64,000 nt of DNA from an uncultured Planctomycetota bacterium (GCA_963823665.1 CAWGMQ010000007.1:1-64000), one strand, 5' to 3'; shown: positions 30,654 to 42,349, counted from the stretch's first letter. Numbers and translations: made by a program. Notes: generated by a model not told the origin, from the sequence alone.

Positions 30654-33413
30654 TCAGTGGGTCGTGTCGATGACTTTGAGGGCGCCCAGGTCTTTCGACT
30701 CGCCGGCTACGGCGGTCAGGTCCTTTGCGACGTATCCGACGATTCCGATGCGAGGGTCGAACACGCGGAGGTCGTACTTGACGCCGGCCGCGAGCGCATC
30801 GATCCGGAAGCGACCGTCCTCGTCGAGGCTGAATCGCGACGACTGCTGTCTGGCCGTTCCGCCCAGCGCGTGCTCGGGATAGGGGTCGTGATGCAGCGTG
30901 ATCGCGACGTCGGTCCGCGGTTTGCCATCCTCGCCGACTACGTGGCCCGTGACGCTGGCCCACGGACGGAGCGAGACCGACAGCGGACCGTCGCCGTTAC
31001 CGTCGACAACGAGCGTGCCAATCAGCTTTCGGCCCTCATGGCGGAAGACCACGCCTCTCTGCTCGAGTGGCCCGAGCGCCGTCACCAAGAACTGGGCGGT
31101 GGCCGACGACGCGCCTGTGCTCCAACCCGCGTTGAGGCCACAGGCCACACAACCTGCCAGCTGCTCGCCGTCCGGGTCGAGCACCGTGCCGCGTCGCGTT
31201 CTACCGGTCGCGCCCTTCAACTCGCACGCGACGTTGACGGCGTCCTCGGGTGGATCGATTCCCACGACGACTTTTACCTCGTCTGCGTTGAAAAAGGCCG
31301 GATAAACCGTGTGGATCATTTCTTGCGTATTGCGTGTTTTGAAGAGGGCCGCCAGGCCGACGCCTCGCACGTAGCGCCCGTCAAACATCTTGGCAGCAAC
31401 GAATCCTCGGCCCGGCAAGCCGAGCAGACGAAACGAACCGTCCGTCGCGGTCCGGGTACCCTTCATTTCATAGGCTCGATTCGGCCCCAGGTGCGGGTTG
31501 TCGTCGAACGCATGGTACTCGACGTCGGCGTCGAGCGGCTCGCCTGAGTTCGCGTCGATGACCCGGCCTTGGATCCACACGCCCTTTTTCAATGTCAGAT
31601 CCAACGGCGCTGGGGCGTTTCCGGCGGCGACGTTGATCGAGTGGGTCATCGGCAGGTAGGCAGTATCCGCGGGTGGGATCGCGAGCACCCGATCTTCGGC
31701 TCCCTCTGCGATGCCCATAAGCCGATAGCGGCCGGCGGCGTCGGTCATCGTCCGCACGTAGTTGATCAGCCCGGTGAAGTTGAGAGTCGCGGCGGCGCGG
31801 ATCGAGACGCCCTTGATCGGCTGCCCGGTCTTGCCATCGCGAACAACGCCCTCAATCGCCCGGCTCCGTAGGGCGACATGCTTGAAACCGGCGCCGTGGA
31901 CGATCAGGCCGCCCTTCCCGTGCACCGGAATTGCCGGGCCCGGACGGGTCACGATGATCGCAGGTTGTGTTTCGATGCCCGGGCCCTCGATCAGGGCGAG
32001 CACGAGCCGATCGGCACCGATTCCCTCCAGAAGAATCCGGCCGTTGTGATCGCTTGTCGCCGGGGGCTCGATTTTCGGCGGCGGGCCAGGCTCGCCGGGC
32101 CGTGGGCCGGCTGCCCCTGGGCTTCCCGGCGATGCATCGGGCAGCTCGTGCCACGCCATCCAGATGTCATTGAACTCGCGCGCTGCGGATAGCCGGGCAA
32201 AGAAGTGGCCAAGGTCACCTCCTTGCGGAGATTTGACGGCCAGCACCCAGAAGTGCGCGCCAGCGACAGGCTGGCCCTGGGCATCGACAATGCGGCCGCG
32301 GGCGTCAGTTGTGCCGTCCGCAGGCCCAGCGATCGCGCCCGCTGGCCTCCACGTCGGACCAGTGGCCTGGCCTGCATTCGACCACATGGCGGCCTCGAGG
32401 CTGTCCTCGATCGAGTGGTTCGGCGCCGGTGGAGTGCGCCAGGAAGTGGGCGTCGTCCCGATGGCTGCCGGGCCAGGCGTCGGCGTTTGACCGGGCACTG
32501 CGGCGAGACGCTGCCGCGCGAGCGTGGCTCCGCCGATCGAAACAATGCCGAAAACCACGACCGCGATTCTCGATCCTGTAATCCAGTCTGTCATCATCGT
32601 CGCCAGTGCTACTTTCACGATGGAAGTAATGCGAGCCGTCGTCGCGGCGGCCAAAGCCGCGCGCTGTGTCGCCACGATCTTGAACGCCGCTCGGAGCGTC
32701 GCGTCCTGCCATGCGGAAGTCATCGCTGCCCTGGCTGCCGGGACGGCAGAGCCAAGGGCAGTGAGGCCCGCCGAAAGCGTGACACCGCGGCGCAACAGGC
32801 GGGAACGGAGTTGCTCCTGTCCGCGAGCCAGGCGGCTCTGGACCGTTCCGACGGGCCAGCCGAGCTTCTTCGCGGCCATCTCGCGGGTGAGGCCTTCGAG
32901 ATGGCAAAGCACGATCGGCTCCCGGAACTTTTCGGGAAGCTGGCCGAGCTCCTCGTGGACCTCCTGCCAGGAAGGCTCGTCTTCCTTGGTTCGGCTGTCG
33001 ACGGCTCGCGCCCGATTATCAGCGACCAGCCGCTCATGCCCACGCCTCCGCGCGGCGGCGGTCCTGGCCTTGGCGGCGGTGCGAAGCGCAACTCCGTGCA
33101 GCCAGCTCGCGAGTGAGCCGTGGCACCGGATCGATCGGGCACGACTCGCGAGAACCAAAAACACGGTTTGCGCGGCATCTTGCGCGTCGTCGTGGTTCCC
33201 GAGCACCTGCCGGCACACGCGCAGCACCATCGGCCCGTGACGATCAATGAGAGCCGAGAATGCGGCTTCTGCTTCTGCTTGTTCTCCCTCTTCTCGGTGC
33301 CTCGCGACGAACAGGTTCAGAAGCTGACCGTCGGGCAACGAGCCGGAGGCAACGCCCACGGTGAAGAGTCTTTGAAGATGCTCGATCACAGCCCCTCCTC
33401 GCTCTGCCGCCAT
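30654..33413 (-). CDS. ECF sigma-70 factor with long C-terminal extension (TM + carboxypeptidase-regulatory-like repeats)
   Basis: AFSALIDRHGPMVLRVCR, DAQDAAQTVFLVLA, LPEKFREPIVLCHLEGLT, GTVQSRLARG, then a TM segment and G.V.D..G.P repeats. Confidence 0.9.
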   Translation of the reverse strand: MAAERGGAVIEHLQRLFTVGVASGSLPDGQLLNLFVARHREEGEQAEAEAAFSALIDRHGPMVLRVCRQVLGNHDDAQDAAQTVFLVLASRARSIRCHGSLASWLHGVALRTAAKARTAAARRRGHERLVADNRARAVDSRTKEDEPSWQEVHEELGQLPEKFREPIVLCHLEGLTREMAAKKLGWPVGTVQSRLARGQEQLRSRLLRRGVTLSAGLTALGSAVPAARAAMTSAWQDATLRAAFKIVATQRAALAAATTARITSIVKVALATMMTDWITGSRIAVVVFGIVSIGGATLARQRLAAVPGQTPTPGPAAIGTTPTSWRTPPAPNHSIEDSLEAAMWSNAGQATGPTWRPAGAIAGPADGTTDARGRIVDAQGQPVAGAHFWVLAVKSPQGGDLGHFFARLSAAREFNDIWMAWHELPDASPGSPGAAGPRPGEPGPPPKIEPPATSDHNGRILLEGIGADRLVLALIEGPGIETQPAIIVTRPGPAIPVHGKGGLIVHGAGFKHVALRSRAIEGVVRDGKTGQPIKGVSIRAAATLNFTGLINYVRTMTDAAGRYRLMGIAEGAEDRVLAIPPADTAYLPMTHSINVAAGNAPAPLDLTLKKGVWIQGRVIDANSGEPLDADVEYHAFDDNPHLGPNRAYEMKGTRTATDGSFRLLGLPGRGFVAAKMFDGRYVRGVGLAALFKTRNTQEMIHTVYPAFFNADEVKVVVGIDPPEDAVNVACELKGATGRTRRGTVLDPDGEQLAGCVACGLNAGWSTGASSATAQFLVTALGPLEQRGVVFRHEGRKLIGTLVVDGNGDGPLSVSLRPWASVTGHVVGEDGKPRTDVAITLHHDPYPEHALGGTARQQSSRFSLDEDGRFRIDALAAGVKYDLRVFDPRIGIVGYVAKDLTAVAGESKDLGALKVIDTTH

Positions 33414-33966
33414 GTCGGGCTCCTCTTGACGGCGCCGGATGTCGCGTTGTAGTGCCCGGCCGGGTTCGGATTGGTCCGGGATTCTCGGAAAAATCTCTCG
33501 CGCTCAATCGACCGGACGCGAGCACGCGGCGGCCAACGCGACAAAAGCGCGGCCACCGCCGCGAATTCCGAGGCACGTACTCAGACTGACGTTTACATAA
33601 AGCGTTCGTAGCGAAGGGTTTGTTATTGTGGTGGCTTGCTGCACATTGATTCAACTCTCCCGCGGGGCACGGAAGGGTTCCGGCGTGAATCAACCGCCCA
33701 CGCAAACCGCCATCCCTTCGGTAAGGTCACGACACGGCCGCGAACAGAAGCACAGCGCCCGCCGTCGCCCGGCATGCCTCGTCGCCGTCGTAACCCGATC
33801 CGCCTGTGCAATCGGAACATTTCGCGATGGAATTCCCCATTCCGGCGTGGAAATCGCTGAGGAGACATGTCGCACCCGGCCGCGTGGGATCTTATGATGA
33901 TTCTCTGCTGCCCGAACACATGAGTCACACCATCGTTCTGCGCAGGTTGTCGAGCCCGAGGAGATC

Positions 33967-35662
33967 ATGTCACCCGATTCGCGAAAACCGGTCTGGCTTG
34001 CCGTCATGATTGTGCTGGCGGGGTTTGCTCCGCCCCAGGCCCCGAAAACGGCTCTGGAAAACATCCAGCCGAACCAGATACTCGAGCACATCAAGGTCAT
34101 GGCTTCGGACGATTACGAGGGCCGCGGGCCGGGAACGCCGGGTGAGGAAAAGTCCGTTGCCTACGTGGCTGGCCAGTTTCAGAAGTTGGGTTTGAAGCCC
34201 GGGAATCCCGATGGAACTTTTTTCCAGACCGTTCCCTTGACCGGCTTTCAGGCCAAGCAAGTGACCGGCTCCTTCGCCGCCGGCACGAAGAATGTCGCGC
34301 TCTCCTTTCCCAACGATTTTGTCGCCGTCTCCCGGCGGATGGCCGAGGAAGTGAAGGTCGGTGGCGATTCCGACGTCGTCTTCGTCGGTTACGGTGTGGT
34401 CGCGCCCGAATTTGGCTGGGATGACTACAAGGGGTTCGACGTTCGCGGCAAGACACTCATCATGCTGGTCAACGACCCAGCCGTTCCCGATCCAAAAGAC
34501 CCGTCGAAGCTCGACCCGGCCGCCTTCCGTGGCCCGGCGATGACTTACTACGGGCGCTGGACATACAAATATGAGATTGCGTCTGAAAAGGGTGCCGCGG
34601 CCGCGATCCTCGTCCACGAAACCGGCCCCGCGGGGTATCCCTTCGAAGTGGTGAAGGGAAGCTGGAGCCGCGAAAACTTCGACATCGCTTCGCCCGCGAC
34701 GGCCCAGACGCCGGCTCGCGTCGCGGTCGAGGGGTGGATCTCGCTCGAGAAAGCCCAGGAGCTTTTCCAGGCCTGCGGGCGCGACTTTCAATCGCTCAAG
34801 CAGACCGCCACGAAGCGAGACTTTCGCCCTGTGCCGCTGGGCTGCAAGGGCAAGTTCTCGATCACCAACGTGCTTCGCGACGTGAAGTCACGGAACGTGA
34901 TCGCCAGGCTCGAAGGCTCGGACGCGGTCCTGAAGAACGAGACAGTGATCTACACCGCGCACTGGGACCATCTCGGCCGCGACCCTGCCCTCACCGGTGA
35001 CCAGATCTACAACGGCGCCGCCGACAACGCCTCCGGCGTCGCCGCCATCCTCGAAATCGCCCGCGCGCTGCCAGAAGGTCAACCCTGCTCCCAAGCGATC
35101 GATCCTCTTCCTGGCCGTGACGGCTGAAGAGAAAGGACTGCTAGGGGCGAAGTACTACGCCGCCCATCCCCTCTATCCGCTCGAGCGCACTCTCGCCGAC
35201 ATCAACCTCGATGTGATAAACCTGTGGGGCCGGACCAAGGATCTGATTTCGATCGGCATGGGCCAGTCCACGCTCGATGACATGCTGGTCGAAATCGCCA
35301 GGGAAGACGGCCGCACCGTCACCCCCGACGCCAACCCCGAGAAGGGCTACTATTACCGCTCCGACCACTTCGAATTCGCCAAGCAGGGTGTGCCCGCCAT
35401 CGACCCCAAAGGGGGAAGAGACTACATTGGCAAGCCGGCGGATTTTGGCCAGAAGAAAGTCGATGAATACACAGCCAACGACTATCACAAGGTGACCGAC
35501 CAGGTGAAGCCCGACTGGGATTTGAGCGGCGCGGCCGAGGACGCGACGATTCTGGCCGAGCTGGGATTTCGCGTGGCCCAGGCGGACCGATTCCCTGAAT
35601 GGAAGCCCACGAGTGAATTCCGCGCCAAACGAGAGGCCATGCTGAAGGCGACCAAGCCCTGA
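33967..35662 (+). CDS. M28 family metallopeptidase with PA domain (frameshift ~35070)
   Basis: Signal peptide, [52 protein letters not shown]. Confidence 0.92.
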
Positions 35663-35663
35663 A

Positions 35664-37538
35664 ATGAACCGGCGATGGGTTTCTCTTGCCCTCGGTGCGG
35701 CAGTAGCCGTTGTGGCCGCTGCTGCCGCCTGGCTGGATCTCCGGTACGGCTGGATCACGCCGGTCTTCGACGCCATTGCCCATCAATTCTATGAGGTCCC
35801 CCTCCTCGCGCGGATCCGCCGCCCGTCCCAGCTCGTGCTCGTTCGCTGGCACCTCGCAATTGGATCGATCTTGCTCGCTCTGGGACTGGCATCGATCGGT
35901 TGGCTGAACAGCCACTGGCGCCGCTGGCTCGCGGTCTTCGCGCTCGGATACGCCATTCGCGCCGCCATCTGGATTTGCGGCGGCAATCTGCCGCTCGTGC
36001 CGGGTGATACCTGTCATTACCTCGAAATCGGCACGTCGGTGCTCCGCGGCGAGGGCCCGGTGAAGCATTATGTTGGCAGCTTCTTCCGCGATTACCGTCA
36101 CATCCGCGAAAACCGCGGCGGCCTCGACGACTGGGATACTCCGCTCGACGCGTACTTTCGTGCGTTTTCCTTCCGCATCGCCGGCCTCACGCCCGATTCA
36201 CCCATCGAGGCTCGAATCGCCGCCGCCAAGGCATGCAGCTTCGTCATCAACATCCTCTGCCTGCCGGCGCTCTACATGTTCGCGCGACGACGATACGACG
36301 AGCGGGTGGCTCTCGGCGCGATGGCTGCACTCGCAGTGCTGCCGGTGCATGCGATCTATGCCGGCTTCGTGCTCCGAGAGAGCCTGGTGGCGCTGACGTC
36401 GATTCTGGCTGTCTGGGCCCTCACCGAAGTCTGGAGCACCGCAAATGGGCACAAGGCGATCTGGGGCTGGGCGTTCATCGCCGGGCTCTGCGGCGGGCTC
36501 GCGGTGATGGCGCGCACGACCGGCCTCGCACTCCTCGCGGGCGCGGGCCTCTTCGGTCTCGTTGCTCACGGCCGGCGACGCTTCTTCCCTCTCATGCTCT
36601 GGGGCCTCGTCATCGTTGCGGTCTGCCTGCCCTGGGCGTGGGCGACATGGATCGAAAATGAATCGCCGTTCTATTCAATCACCCAGCACTTTGAATTCAA
36701 CTTCTCGTGGACCGTCCACCATTACGATAAGGGCAATTTGGAAGCGTCGCAGTTCTACACGATAGAGAATCTGCCGGAGATCGTGCGGGTGAAGATCAAG
36801 TCATTGCTCTTGATCCCCGTCGTGTCGACCATGATCGTCGGGCTGCCGATCGTCGTGGGCTTCTGGCGACGGCTCTTGACCAGCGAAGGCAACGGCCGCG
36901 AAACGGCGATCCTGGTCGCGACCATCTTTGTCGTGTTCGTTCTGGCGACCCTCAAACGCGTTGCTGATGTCACCCAGGTCTCGCAGCTCGGGCGATACTA
37001 CATGCCCGTCTTTGTGCTGGCGTTGCCGTCGGCGGTCTCCGGCATAACGGGATGGCTGGACTCGCTGGCCGACGGGAAACGCGTGGCCCGTTGGCTTGCC
37101 CTGACTTTCTGCTCGCTCGTCTGGGCAGACCCAACCTGGGCCTACGACGCCTCGTGGCTGACAAAACGCTTTCAGCTTCATTGGCCCGCACTGCGCAGCG
37201 CAGGCGAGTGGATCCAGGCCAATCCGTCCCGCGTTTCCCCCCAGGCGCGGATCATGACGTGGTTTCCGTGGGAGCTGCGCGTCACATCCGATCGCACCAC
37301 GATCCTCATGCCCAGAAACTACGATGCGAAAAGAATACAGGAGGTGATTCGCCAGTATGGAGTGACCCACATCCTGTGGGGATCATTCGAGCCGCCGCCG
37401 TATTATGAAATCAATCCCGAATCGTGGGCCCTCGCGCTCGACGATCTTCGAGCAGCCCTCGGCTTGATCGACGCGCGCGAGGTGTATCGATCGAGCAACG
37501 AGCTTCTCTTTCCGGTCCGTCTGTATCGCCTCCCGTAG
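35664..37538 (+). CDS. ArnT/PMT-like (GT39/GT83) integral membrane glycosyltransferase
   Basis: Multi-TM 624-aa ORF with GDTCHY and LRESL acidic motifs and GRYYMP. Confidence 0.65.
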   Translation: MNRRWVSLALGAAVAVVAAAAAWLDLRYGWITPVFDAIAHQFYEVPLLARIRRPSQLVLVRWHLAIGSILLALGLASIGWLNSHWRRWLAVFALGYAIRAAIWICGGNLPLVPGDTCHYLEIGTSVLRGEGPVKHYVGSFFRDYRHIRENRGGLDDWDTPLDAYFRAFSFRIAGLTPDSPIEARIAAAKACSFVINILCLPALYMFARRRYDERVALGAMAALAVLPVHAIYAGFVLRESLVALTSILAVWALTEVWSTANGHKAIWGWAFIAGLCGGLAVMARTTGLALLAGAGLFGLVAHGRRRFFPLMLWGLVIVAVCLPWAWATWIENESPFYSITQHFEFNFSWTVHHYDKGNLEASQFYTIENLPEIVRVKIKSLLLIPVVSTMIVGLPIVVGFWRRLLTSEGNGRETAILVATIFVVFVLATLKRVADVTQVSQLGRYYMPVFVLALPSAVSGITGWLDSLADGKRVARWLALTFCSLVWADPTWAYDASWLTKRFQLHWPALRSAGEWIQANPSRVSPQARIMTWFPWELRVTSDRTTILMPRNYDAKRIQEVIRQYGVTHILWGSFEPPPYYEINPESWALALDDLRAALGLIDAREVYRSSNELLFPVRLYRLP

Positions 37539-37610
37539 CACGTGTGCGAGCTCGTTTGCTCACCGGCCGCGCTTCGGGCCCGCTCGAAGAGTCCGGAGGT
37601 TCGTTTTCCG

Positions 37611-39447
37611 ATGCGCTGGTCGCGCCTGGTGCTCCTGATCCTTCTTATCTTTGACGTCTGGTACCGCGCGCATACGTTCGGGCCGCAAGTGCGCGATGCG
37701 CTTCATGTCAACCTCTGGCCGTCGACAGTCGGCGCCAGCGAGCCGCTTGACTGTGACGAGGCCGCCTATGCCTACATCGGGCATCGCGTCAACCGAGGCG
37801 CCGTTCTCTATCGCGACGTGACCGAGAACAAGACCCCGCTCGGCTACTGGCTCTATGCCCTGGCCGTTCTCGTCGGCGGTTACAACGAGCTGACGATCCG
37901 CATCATGCCGATTCCGTTCGTGCTCCTGACGATCACCCTCGTCTGGTGGATCGCCGGCCGGTTGGGCGGCCAGATATCGGCATGTCTCGCTGCCGCGCTC
38001 TATGTCCTTATGAGCACCGACCCTTACCTGTTCGGCAACGGTGCCAACCTCGAGCACTTCGTCAATCTGTTCACGGTTTCCTCGCTCGCGTTGCTGATCT
38101 ATGCCTGGGACCGCCCCAAACGCTGGCCTCTGTTCGCCGCCGGCGCCAGCTCTCGCCGCCGCCGCACTCGTGAAGCAATTCGCATTCCTTCCCATCGTCG
38201 TCGTCGTGCCAGCGCTTCTTCTCCGAGCCAGGCAGGGTTGGTTCTCGAAAAATCACGGTTTGATTTCCGACCCCGCCCCGCGGCCATCCCCAACCCCCAT
38301 TTCCCCCCCTTTAGAAGGGGGGGCCAGGGGGGGTGACCCCCGCGCGGTATCATCACAAAAGGTCCGCGCAATCATCGACATCACAGTTTTCGCGCTAGGC
38401 GTATCCTCAATCGCAGCACTTGCCGCCGCCGTCCTGGTTGCCCAAGGCGCGGGCCGAGACGCCGTCGACGACATCTTCTACTACGGCCGAGCCCTCGCAA
38501 CCGATACCCTCCCCGAGCCGGGTGCGCCGCCGGCCATTTATCGTTGGATCACCGGCAATGCCGACCCGCAGGGACGCCTCCCCTGGCCGTTCGGAGCCAC
38601 CGAGTACCTCGTCTGGTGGGGCACGTCGAGCTGGCCGTTCTGGCTCGCGTCGACTCCCGCGATTGCCTACCTCCTGTTAGCGGCCAGGACAACTCCCACG
38701 CGAAGGCTTGCGGCCACCTGGGCAATCGCCGCCTGGGCCCAGGTGGCCCTGCCGGGCCTCTACTGGCAGCACTACTATCTTCTACCAATCGCCGGAGCCG
38801 CGATCGCCGTTGCCGTGTGCATCGCCGACGCAACCCGGCGCCTGTCCCAGGTCTTTCGTCCGGCCTCGAAGAACGACCGGCACATTCGCAAAGCGCTCCT
38901 CGCCCTGGTGTCTGCTCCATTCCTCTTGCTCGCCTTGGGCGCCACAGCCTATCTCGAGATCCGCGACTACTTGCTGGTCGAGCCCGAACAGCTCACCATC
39001 CGCTACAAGGGCGGCGGCCAGTGGGTCGTGCTGCGCCAGATGGGGCGCGATCTCAGCCGCCGCGGCCGGATCTGGAACAATCCTCACCTCTACATCTGGG
39101 GCTGGCAAAGCCCTCTTCACTTCTACGGGCGAATGGATAGCCCAACGCGCCATTTCTTCGTCGACAACCTGCTGCGCGACCAGGCCGATCGCGATCACTT
39201 GCTGATCCGCCCGCGCACCGAGGAGATCATCGCCACCCTGAAGCGCAGCCCACCCGAGCTGATCTTCACGGGTTACCCGCCGTTCGAATCGCTCCAGGCA
39301 TTTCTGAACGATCGATACTTCCCTTCCGGCATGGCGCCCGGATTATGGGTGCGCCGTGAGGATTTCGGGCGATTCGAAACGCAACGCGGCGGCCCCACGC
39401 GCGGACGCAGCAAAGGAAACGCGTCTCAGACCAACGGCGAGGGCTGA
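37611..39447 (+). CDS. ArnT-like membrane glycosyltransferase (frameshift ~38150; contains an in-frame palindromic repeat)
   Basis: DCDEAAYAY, LYRDVTENKTPL, ANLEHF, HYYLL. Confidence 0.7.
38302..38334. repeat. CCCCCCCTT-TAG-AAGGGGGGG palindromic small repeat inside a CDS
   Basis: TCCCCCCCTTTAGAAGGGGGGGCCAGGGGGGGT is read in frame as SPPLEGGARGG. Confidence 0.7.
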
Positions 39448-40511
39448 AGCGGATCCCACCCCGGCCGGAGCTCCTGCACGTTTGAGCTGACATCGCCCAG
39501 CCCGGGTTCGCCGCACTCGGAGTGCCGCGTGCAAAGCCCCCAGCTCATCGAGCGATTGTGCACGATCTCCGAAATAACCCACCCCGTGTTCTGCACAATT
39601 TCTTCGCAATCAGCGCGACTCATGTAATGCGCCACCGGCGTCAGTGCATGGTCGAAGACGATCGCATGGACTTTTCGCACGCGAAACGAGGCTAGCCAGC
39701 GGATGTATCGAGAGTACGGCAGACGAATTCCCAGCCAGGGAATTTGATAGACAGTTCGTGCGCATAACTGCAACGGAACGGCGACGAGCCAGGAGAAGAC
39801 GTTGAGAATCCCCAGCGGCAGGCGCGACGTGACAGCTCGAATCGGGTTGATGAAGTAAATGATCCAACCGTTCCCTTCACGCCCGTAAACCCACACCTGA
39901 AACCAGCCCGTGTGTTTCACATTGCACACGAGCGCGCGAAATCCACGCCCGGGCTCGGGTAGGTGATGCAGCACCCCTAGCGAATAAGCTGCGTCGAACG
40001 CCCCATTCGCAAACGGCGGGAAGTAAATATCGCCCTGAACGATCGAGATGCCCGGCACACGTCGCGTGTTCTCAAACGCCGCTTCGACGGCATCTCCCAG
40101 GTCCAGACCGATCACGGCTTTGGCACCAAAATGGCTCGCGATCACCGCATGACGCCCCATTCCACATCCGGCTTCGAGCACGGCAAGTCCCGAGAGATCT
40201 TCGAGCCGTCGAGGCTCGAACCACGTCCGCAGGCTTTCCACCTCTTCATGAAAATCGAACTCGCGAAAATGGTTCCATTCGTAACCGAACCGCGCGGCAA
40301 CGCGCTCGCGCAACTTCGATCGAGCGGCCGGGTCCGGAAGCAGTCGCGGCACACCATCACTCACCGGGTAGCTTGCGGCGCAACACTCGCACCGGAGCGA
40401 CCCCTCCATGACGTGTCCTTCATCAACGGTGTACGGCTCGTCCAGACCGAGCGGCCCGCCGCATCGCGGACAAGCGAGGTAAACGAGATGCTCGATCCTC
40501 ATCGACACCAA
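39426..40511 (-). CDS. Trm112-like domain + class I SAM methyltransferase
   Basis: LACPRCGG..C.CC...YPVSDGVPRLL, then VLEAGCGMGR and FDAAYSLGVLHH. Confidence 0.88.
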   Translation of the reverse strand: MVSMRIEHLVYLACPRCGGPLGLDEPYTVDEGHVMEGSLRCECCAASYPVSDGVPRLLPDPAARSKLRERVAARFGYEWNHFREFDFHEEVESLRTWFEPRRLEDLSGLAVLEAGCGMGRHAVIASHFGAKAVIGLDLGDAVEAAFENTRRVPGISIVQGDIYFPPFANGAFDAAYSLGVLHHLPEPGRGFRALVCNVKHTGWFQVWVYGREGNGWIIYFINPIRAVTSRLPLGILNVFSWLVAVPLQLCARTVYQIPWLGIRLPYSRYIRWLASFRVRKVHAIVFDHALTPVAHYMSRADCEEIVQNTGWVISEIVHNRSMSWGLCTRHSECGEPGLGDVSSNVQELRPGWDPLQPSPLV

Positions 40512-40835
40512 TCCCCGGGTTCAAACTCTCCCAATCGACCCCGCGCGGCGTAGCCCATTCTTCGCAACTTTATCGGAGATGGCAATGTCCAGAACGCGCC
40601 AATGTCGCCCTTCGGCGAGGGCGAGGGTTGTCACGAATCGCAGCTCGACCACTGCGATCGACAAGCTGTCACGCGACGAACCAACAATCAACGTTCCTCG
40701 TCTGTCATCACAAATCGGGAGCCGATTGCAGCAAGGCAACGGTGATCGCGCAACCCCGTCGAGAACGGAGCCAGGACTTCGGCGCCTGCAAAACCACTGA
40801 ATTGCGTCATATCCTTACCACTATTGGATTTAAGT

Positions 40836-40993
40836 GTGACGATGGAATAATCGGAACCCGGGGGTTTATCGTCGTAAACAATGATTCGACTGGCATTTAG
40901 GGCGTGACGATGGAATATTCGGAACCATGCCCATTTCGGATGTAACACCGTGTGGTGACTAAAGTTATGGCGTGACGATGGAATATTCGGAAC
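40836..40993. repeat. three 22-bp repeats at an exact 68-bp period (mini-array, CRISPR-like spacing)
   Basis: GTGACGATGGAATAwTCGGAAC at 40836, 40904 and 40972, separated by largely non-identical 46-bp spacers. Confidence 0.85.
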
Positions 40994-41064
40994 ACCGGCT
41001 TCTAGACATTGGCACTGAATCCGAGTCCTGGCGGGTCCATTTTTTGGTCTCCGCCCAGGGAAGA

Positions 41065-41127
41065 GTTCGTTTTGTAGATTTGCCGCGCGTCCTTACGCCA
41101 CAAGGACTATGGGAACGCACTCGCTCG
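41065..41127 (+). repeat. dispersed hairpin element, copy 2
   Basis: GTTCGTTTTGTAGATTTGCCGCGCGTCCTTACGCCACAAGGACTATGGGAACG. Confidence 0.85.
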
Positions 41128-41211
41128 CTCCAGGAAACGAGTCATGGGCCGAACTCGAGGCCTGGTTCAAGGGAACCAAGGGTAGGGTCATACACGCGAT
41201 GGATCGCAGCC

Positions 41212-41233
41212 CGTAGGGTGGGTGCAACCCACC
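41212..41233 (+). repeat. GTAG-type REP-like palindrome
   Basis: CGTAGGGTGGGTGCAACCCACC; degenerate inverted copy GGCGGGTTGCACCCAACCT at 50700-50718. Confidence 0.65.
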
Positions 41234-41991
41234 GGCCTCTTTGGCTGCCCGACGGACCGCCAGAGGGGTCCAAAACATAGTGAACAACACGAGAGTTTCC
41301 CGGTGGCGCTTTGTGCTCACCAGCGCCACGAAGGCTTTTTGATCGTCAGAAGGCATGGAGATCATATCTTATCCCCTGGCACCAATCTGACTTGTGGATC
41401 GACGTAGCCCATTGTTTACGACCATTCATACATGGCGCATTGTGGCGCAAAGTGGCGCTTTTTCGAGAGTTTCAAGCATCCGTACACAGGTGTAAATCCC
41501 GTATCCCGAAAGCGGCCAACGGCCGCCAGCCGTCACCCGTTGAACGGTGCTCATTGGAGTCGGAATCATGCTCAGTCCTCGAAAGTAGGTCAGGCTTTCA
41601 GCCGGACGTTCTGTAGATCACGCGGTCAGCCTCGCACCAGAGCACCTTGCGCGTCGATTTCCCGGTTGGTGGCGTTGATCCCCCGGTTGAAGCACCGCCG
41701 AGCCGGCGCACCGAGCGCTCCTACCCAAGATGATCTACAAAATCCTCGTTCCAGTTGCCAAAAAGATGTGGAATTCGCCCGTATTGAGTGAGATTTTCTC
41801 CGTCCACCGTGACGGAGGCCCAGGCGCAGCCCGCGCGGGCGCCGCGCAAAGAGAAGACCATGCGAGCACGGCCGGCCTACGGCCGCGAGGGGCGCACGCG
41901 GCCCATGATGGAGGTGCCGGCGCAGCCGGCGGTGGGATGCCGCGAAAGGGGAAGGCCACGCGCGCGAGTGTCGCTGGCGGAGGCGGCTCCG

Positions 41992-42126
41992 ACTCGTACT
42001 CGTACTCGTACTCCCGCTCTTTCTCTGCGTCCCGCCCTCAACGCCGCCCATTCCCCCGACCGCTGACAAGCCAGTTCGTTTTGTACATTCGTCGCGCGTC
42101 CTTACCCAGTAAGGACTAAGAGAACA
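41992..42126 (+). repeat. hexamer tract (ACTCGT)n followed by hairpin element copy 3
   Basis: ACTCGT x3-4 at 41992-42013, C-rich linker, then CCAGTTCGTTTTGTACATTCGTCGCGCGTCCTTACCCAGTAAGGAC. Confidence 0.85.
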
Positions 42127-42349
42127 GACGAGCCCATTGTCGCCCTTCGGTCCGCGAAGGGTCATGACGGCATGTTGGGCGCGGTTGTTTCTCGCGGTCG
42201 ATTTGCATTCTTGTCCCCGGCCTCGTATGACGGAAAAGCGACTGGTATGACAGAGAATTGACTGCGCGCTTCTGGCATGATCAGATTCAGACGTACAACG
42301 TTTTCCAGTCAAGGCAGACTGGTTGCTGTGGTGGTCGTGGGGGAGATCT

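Noticed and set aside
40836..40993. Calling the three-repeat array a bona fide CRISPR
   Set aside because: Only two spacers, a short repeat, no cas genes, and spacers with shared weak dyads. Kept as a repeat and a finding instead.
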